Source: a virus. From it: DNA of 64,000 bases. The stretch is from the IMG/VR virus record IMGVR_UViG_3300045988_080644; one strand, written 5' to 3'. Of this stretch, positions 57,134-64,000 are shown piece by piece. The notes beneath the pieces are model-generated. The model saw nothing but the letters and a program-made list of their open reading frames with translations. It did no database searches and was not told where the DNA came from. The position numbers were made by a program, and so were the translations under genes. How positions within the stretch are numbered: position 1 is the first letter of the stretch; every line of letters begins with the position of its first letter.

Positions 57134-58715
57134 TTTTGCATCAAATTATCAAGACGTAGTTAAATATAAAAATTTAACAGCAAATTCTCCTAGCCTTAGT
57201 GGCTCTAATGAGAATGATTATGTTAAATTAGTATTTACAAAAGATGGACATATTATTACACATGGTGTTGACTATATTCCATCAGTATGGGATATTAGTA
57301 AACTACCGGTTGATAGTACAAAAATAGATAACAAACATTTGTGGGATTCAGCAACTATTAACTAGAAAATTAATGATAGTTATGTGATTAACTCTGCAAT
57401 GCGATTTAAGGGTACTATTGGATTAAATCCTACTTATAATGGTACCTCAGATACAAAGAAATACTTAGTTAATGATGTAAAATCAGATATACCTGCAGCA
57501 TAGGTAGGTGATACTTATAGGGTTACTTCAAAGGGTAATTATGAAGGATTTACTTGTGAAGCAGGTGACTTATTAATGTGTATTACTGCTAGTGGTACTA
57601 ATAAAGCTGCAGGATGGACGGTAGCGTAGACAAACATCAATGGTACTGTTGACTTTGTAATTAACGGTAGGGTACATAAAATATATTCTAATGATACCTC
57701 TGGTTTGACTATGTTCGCCCCAGTAAGTGCGGGCACTCTTGGAAATATTTTGGTTTCAGGTGGAACAGGTAGTGCGCCTACTTGGGCAAATCCTGCTAAT
57801 TTAACTGTAGGAACAGCTAATAAAGTATCTAATTCTTTATCTAATGGGGCAGGTATTGTAACATTTTCTTACGACGGTTCAAGCGCTAAAAAAATCGCCC
57901 TTGCTCCAGCGACTGCTACCACTATTGGCGGTGTTATTGTAGATGCAGCAGGAGATAAAGCTACTATATCAGTCGATTCAAATGGTAAAATATCTTTAAC
58001 TGCAACTAACGTTAGAAATGCATTAGGATATGATCCAGTAGGAGTAAATAATTGGCGTCCAGTATATGTGGATGGAGAGGTATTTCAAGGAAGTGCTACT
58101 AATACAGGAAATCTTAGTATTAAACATGGTTTAGGTATTATTATAACTAAAGATTCTCAAACTCATGACATTACCTTTAGTACCAATACTAATTATGTAA
58201 CTAATGACAAGAATTATAAAGTAGAAGCAGATCCTTCTACAGGAGGTTTATATGTAAATGTGCCATGGTCTAATACCACTTATGGAGTAGTAAGTGGCAC
58301 TTCAAACGGTCTAGCACCTAGGGTAGTTAATACTAATACAACATTAATTAATAATGCTTTCTATTTACTAGCTTCTTCGAATGGCACTAATACTCCTAGT
58401 TGGTACAAATTACCTGCCACTGCATTTGCTAATACCTGGAGGGATATAAAGATAAAGGGAACTAGTATCGGTAGTAATGCTTTAAATTTACTCGAAGGCA
58501 GCCACATAACTTTATCTAATTCTAATGGTACTGTTACAATCAGTTCTGCTTGGAGAGATATTTAGATAGGTCAAAATTCTATAGGTACACGAGCATTAAA
58601 GATAGATGCTTCAAGTGATATTTATGTATCTGAATCAAAAACAGATACAGTAGAAACAATAAGCTTTGGAATTTCTTGGTATAATTTAGATACAGATGAA
58701 TATGAACATGTTTAA
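57120..58715 (+). CDS. tail fibre protein (531 aa)
   Basis: Track fragments 57120.. and 57705.. share a frame and were joined by hand. It has 4 TAG in total, and the 286-codon stretch 57705-58562 has none. GTLGNILVSGGTGSAPTWANPANL is a typical fibre motif. Confidence 0.65.
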
Positions 58716-58721
58716 TAAATA

Positions 58722-61700
58722 ATGAAAATATCATTTAACCCCTCGAATTCTAATAAGAACATTCTTGATCTTATTAAAAATAATAAAGATATAATATTCG
58801 ACCTCAAGGGGCATAGTATATTTGCACGAGGGGTTGAATTTAAAGGCACAGATACTAATACATGGAGACCAGTAGTGGATAACTTAACTAGTGATTCCAC
58901 TACTAGTTCTCTTTCTGCTAAACAAGGTAAAGTTTTAAAAGCTTTAATTGATGGCAAGTCTAATTCAGATCATAATCACGATGGTAGATATGTTAGATAT
59001 TATGCCGTTACTACATTAGATTGTAATAATTTAGCGGCAGGTTTAACTTCTGCAAGAATATCTGCTACTAATGCAGCTCATACTAATCATAGTGCTTATT
59101 TATATATTTCTGATGTAGGAACTCCATTTCAAATACAAATACCTGATTCTAGTATACCTTATATTTATAAAAGATATTATGGTTCAGGTAAGTGGAGTGG
59201 GTGGTTTAAATTAAATGCTGGATATGCAGATTCAGCAGGCTCTGTAGCTTGGGCTAATGTAACAGGGAAGCCTTCATCATATACACCATCAGCACATACT
59301 CATGCTTGGAACTCTCTTACTCATTCTAGTACTACTGAGAATCAAGCTATCTTAACTAATGGAAAGGCTAATGGCTGGAAGCTATAGACATTAAATATAG
59401 CTAGATGGGATAATGCAGCTAATAATGCACATTCTCATGCTAATAAATCAGTACTCGATGGTATTACTTCCGCCTTAGTTAATAGTTGGAATACAGCTTA
59501 TAACTTTGTTAGTAACATAACTGGAACTGATACTGATAAGGTTATTAATAAATGGGAAGAAATAGTTAATTTCTTAGCAGGTATTACAGAGGATAATAAA
59601 TTAAATACTTTATTAAATAGTAAGCTATCTGTATATGAATTAGCTGATAACACTAATGTAGGAACTATTAAAAATAATGGTATTTATTATAGTACTACAG
59701 ATGCTTCTTCTAGAACTTTAATTAATTCTCCTTTTAATACTGGATTTGCCTTCATAAACATGACTTCCTATGATGGAGGTGATGATTTGAGAAGATCTCG
59801 TTTAGCATTTAATGCCTTTGGAGAAATTAAGGTATCAGATGATAGAGACTAGGCTAATACAGCAGAAACTTGGTATAATGTATTAACATCTAAGAACTCA
59901 GGTATAAATGGTTCTACTATTAAATTAAATGGAACTAGTATTACTGTATATAGTAGTGGTACTGCTGATGGTAGATATGTAAAGAAGTCAGGAGACACTA
60001 TGTCGGGTGTTTTAACTATTGACACTACAAATTTTGGAGCATTAACTATAAAAAGAAACGATGATGCTAATGGTGCTTCTATTCAATTTAGAGGTAAATC
60101 AAGTGTATATGGATATATAGGATTAAATAATAGCACTAAGGATAAATAGTTTTTGAGATGGAGTTCTGATATTTCTAGAATTTATACTATTCTTGATACT
60201 TCATCTACTTATATATCTAATGGTAAAGGAGTTATTAATGGAACTACTATAACTCAAGTAGACAATGCAACAAACTCTACAAATTCCACAAATGCAAGAA
60301 AATTAGTTAATTGGTATTCTGCTAGACCAACTTCACTTAATGCACAATTTGGTGACGGTAGTTTAAGAATATTTTATGCTACTTCATCTACTACTGAAGG
60401 AAAACCAGCTGAAGATTCTCATATATTACACTTAGCTTGGGACAATACTGGTGGATATGATGCTCAATTAGCTGTACACATACGTTCAGGTAAAGTTAGC
60501 ACTCGTGCTCAAAATGATGGTACTTGGCAACCTTGGAAAACTTTAGCTTTTACTACAGACATTCCGTCATCTTTAAAGAATCCATACTCATTTAATGTAT
60601 TTGGAGTGGTATATGATGGTTCTGCTGCTAAAACAGTTACTACTTCTACTTTTATCAGTTAGGTTAATGAAGGTACGTCTACCATAACAGATGGTACTAT
60701 GCTTATTACTTCATATGCATCTAATAGTGGATTTGCAGATACTAATGCTGTCAATGTCCCATATAAGAGAAGGGCTATTCATTTATGGGAATATATAAAA
60801 ACAAAGACTGATTCTCTTTATGCAACAAAGGGGCATAATCATGATGGAAAATATTTAAAATTAACAGGTGGCACAATGTTAGGTGCTCTTAATTTTGCAA
60901 ATAATACTTGGAATTTAGTAGGAGACGACTCTTACATAGGAGATTGTAATATATCTGGACATTTTGGAATTAAAGCTGCTAATACTACATATCCAGGAAT
61001 AACCTTTTTTAATAATGCAAGTACTTTTTTAGGAAATTTAACTGCCTATAGTGGCAATATTAAATATGGAGCATATAGTCTCCAATTTCTTGATAATGGA
61101 AATACTAGTGTAAGTGCTAGTACTTGGACTAATCCGTTTAGTAATTACAATAGTAATGCTGTAGCAGATGGGCAAGCCATTTGTGTTTGGGGACAGAGCT
61201 CTTATTTAAGCAATTTATCAACAGATACTGGAGATATGTCTTTATGGTTAAAAAGAATTAATGCTAATGCGGCTACATTAAATATGGTGTTAAATGGTGA
61301 GTACTATGCTAATGGAAATTAGAGATTAGCTCATGTGTCTGAAATACCTAATAAAGACAGTTGGAACTATGACGATAGATACCTAAGACTAACAGGTGGT
61401 CGGATGTCGGGTGATATTAATTTTGGAGGCGATAATAAAATACACTGGGGACGTAATACTGATTCTGCATCTATTTCATTTAAAAATGATGGAGATGGGG
61501 ATGCTAATTCTTATATGAGTTTTGTTACTTCTGATAATGGTAATGAATACTTTAGATGGAGTCATAGCTCTGGTTCCACTAATACAGAATGGATGGCGTT
61601 AAGAAGCGATGGTCTTAGAGTAAGAGGAACTAAAGTTAGCTTAGAAGGGCACTCTCATAATGACCTTTATTATACTAAAGCTGAGTCTAATGCGAAATAT

Positions 61701-64000
61701 ATAACTGATATAGCTACTTCTGTAAATAAATTAACATTTACTAGAAACGGATCTAATATTGCTAGGAATATTACAGTAAATGTAGTATATAGTTAGGGAA
61801 ATTTAACTGATATTTCTAATAAAGATAATACTACTAAAGCTAGTTCAGGATTATATATATATAATAGTTATAATTAGGTCATAGGAACTAATTCTTATAG
61901 TTCAGTATTATCAATAAATACTGGAGGAACTATTCAAATAGCTGGAAATTGGGGGGACGATTAGACTAGAAATCTTTATTGGAGAAGTTAGTCAGATAGA
62001 AATGTTGCTGATTATCCATGGAAATCTTGGAGAACTATTTTAGATAGTGAGAATTACTCATCTACCTTAGATTCTCGTTATTATACAGAATCAGAAGTAA
62101 ATAGTCTTCTTGATGCTAAATTAAATAGACAAAATCTGTCATATGGTAATTGGAATCCTAGAGGTTGGAATTTAGCAGCTGATTATCATTATAATGGAGG
62201 AGATTTATCTATTTCTGAGAATAATGGTAAAATGTATATTTCAGTAGATGGTTGTTTTTGGTAGAATGAAGGTCAATATAGAGTGTTAGATACTTCTGAT
62301 ATTGGTGATATACAAGGTAGGGTAACATTATCCCAATATTTATCAGCTACAGATGCTACTTGGTATCCTCTAGTGTGGGGAGGAAATGCTCACAAAAATA
62401 CTAGTGATTCTACTGGAGCTGTTTGTAAATCTTATGATAAATTATCTTGGTAGACTAGTAGTTAGACATTATATGCTACCAACATTCAAACAAATAATAT
62501 TAAAAACTTATCTATAGGAGGAGGCATTTATTGGAATCCTTATGCAGAATCGGCTTCAGATGGTAGTGATGCAGCTTCTATTACATTAGTTAGATCTGGT
62601 GTAGCAGGAGGAACTACTTTAGTACTTAGTTAGATGAATGATACTAACGATACTATATAGTTTAAAACTAATACTGCCGCTAGATTGTATCATAATAGTT
62701 ATCCAATATTAACTACTTAGAATACTTATGTAAGTAATAATAAGGGTTATATAAATGGTACTGAGATTACTTAGGTAAATAATTCTGATAAAGTAGATAA
62801 TAGACATGCTATATCTACTACCCCGAATACTGGTATAATTTATAAAGCAGCTATTTACACTAGTTCTTCATTAACATCATACTGGGTAAGACTAGCTAGT
62901 ATTCCTAGTATTAGTTAGAATGGCGAATTTGTTGCCACAATTCATGTATAGTCAGGACATTCTAATCCTGGAAGAAGTGCTATTTTATTAGTATATCTCA
63001 GAGGTAATGCATCGTCATTTATGTCAAAAAGCTTTAAGATATGTTGTAACTCTAATTATGATCCTAACAGATTTAGATTATATTATAAAGACAGTGATAA
63101 AACTTCAGAAATATGGTACCAAACTACTGGTTAGTGGGATGGAATTATTACAACAGTGATAAGTTAGAGTGCAGAAGGATGGCTATATGAGGGACTTACT
63201 CTATATAGTGGAAGTATCACTGCAGTACAAACTCCATCCGTGAGCACATACTTATCTGCTTAGGTTAGCACTATCACAGATAATATATCAGGAAATGCGT
63301 CTACTGCAACTAAACTTCAAACTCCTAGAACTATTTGGGGTCAAAGTTTTGATGGAACTGGTAATGTAAGTGGTTCTTTATCAGAAGTTGGTAATATACA
63401 TTTTAAGGTAGATAATAGTTATGACATAGGCTCTGATGCTGCTGCTAGTAGATATATTTACACTCATTGGTTAGGGGCTAGGTCTGGACGAAAATTAGAA
63501 TTAGGAGCAAATAATAGTGGATTTGGACAGGGATTATGTATAGATACTAATTTAAATGTAGGTATTGGAACTAATAGCCCTACACAAAAATTAGATGTGA
63601 TAGGAAATATTAGAGCAACAGGACAATTATATTTACCTACTAATGGTAATTATAATGCTATCCTTATGGGTGATGACTGTTGGATGGGAGATTGCAATAT
63701 AAATAATGTTATTGGTTTAAGTGGTACAGGTAATGCTAATTCGGGAGGCATTAAATTTGGTAAAGGTGGTATGTATATAGGTTATAATGGTTCTAGCCAT
63801 TATTCTAGTGGTACCTCTCTATGGTCTAATTTTAATGCTGATTTATTAGATGGTTATCATGAAAATTCTTTCTTACGTTATAGGGGAGCTACATACACAG
63901 ATTAGGAAGCCACTTTATGGAGTTAGATAGGAATTAAATAGTATAATAATGCTCTCCCAGACAACTTAACTGGTGTTTATAATTACGGAAGTGTAATAAG
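58722..64000 (+). CDS. giant tail fibre protein, partial (>=1,759 codons, continues past window end)
   Basis: Track fragments 58722.., 60153.., 60699.., 61335.. and 63597.. all lie in frame 0, and the gaps were read by hand with only TAG interruptions. Module junctions recur: DHNHDGRYV, GRYVKKSGDTMSGVL, GHNHDGKYLKLTGGTMLGAL, DDRYLRLTGGRMSGDI, GHSHNDLYY. It also contains IWGQSFDGTGNVSGSL. Confidence 0.7.

Noticed and set aside
38239-58957. Alternative-frame or antisense track ORFs in the late module (38239..38463, 48283..48507, 48508..48696, 52598..52867, 53326..53739, 55040..55294, 56247..56498, 57539..57736, 58712..58957)
   Set aside because: They overlap hand-verified TAG-read-through frames that carry recognisable structural-protein motifs, and their own translations are low-complexity.
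36673-64000. Interpretation of the fragmented late region as pseudogenes, assembly junk or non-coding DNA
   Set aside because: Only TAG interrupts the frames. TAA and TGA are completely absent from thousands of consecutive codons. The read-through products carry terminase, portal, LRR and fibre motifs, and a cognate CUA tRNA is encoded.
1-64000. CRISPR arrays, rRNA genes, transposases/IS elements, DGR or retron reverse transcriptases
   Set aside because: I saw no regularly spaced direct repeats, no rRNA-like conserved blocks, and no transposase, integrase or reverse-transcriptase motifs in any frame, with or without TAG read-through.

Overview
AT-rich dsDNA phage segment with three parts. 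It resembles crAss-like or other Bacteroidota gut phages; that assignment is inference. (1) 1-29.7 kb holds about 55 small, tightly packed reverse-strand genes, mostly of unknown function. Recognisable products are two TerD paralogs, an acyl carrier protein, an AAA+ ATPase, a GNAT, a four-member 'MCW' paralog family and an archaemetzincin-like lipoprotein. Reverse-strand tRNA arrays interrupt this block at 15.9-16.3, 18.3-19.0 and 20.1-22.0 kb. (2) 30.2-36.7 kb is a forward-strand module with two HNH endonucleases, a PD-(D/E)XK nuclease, Cys-rich paralogs and a GroES-like protein. It carries a forward-strand amber-suppressor tRNA (anticodon CTA) at 31717-31788. (3) From 36.7 kb to the window end runs a forward-strand packaging/structural module: large terminase, portal, and a long run of tail-fibre-like genes, including a 2,124-codon ORF and a >=1,759-codon ORF that leaves the window. 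The six-frame track fragments this module because TAG is a sense codon there, probably Gln. Read by hand through TAG, every late ORF is continuous and ends only at TAA or TGA. In contrast, TAG closes at least 8 early ORFs. Three reverse-strand genes (17065-18126, 32783-32992, 33114-33836) are also TAG-recoded. The tRNA region is unusual. It holds a tRNA-Leu(UAA) split by a 587-nt group I intron at the canonical U34/A35 site, with a tRNA-like module nested inside the intron. It also holds a second group-I-like core with a clamped tRNA-like module, a Ser-shaped type-II tRNA with anticodon CCA, a 136-nt interrupted tRNA, and covarying hairpins with a conserved loop placed 4-6 nt upstream of tRNA 5' ends. 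All RNA folds and translations were done by eye, and coordinates were cross-checked against track ORFs where possible.
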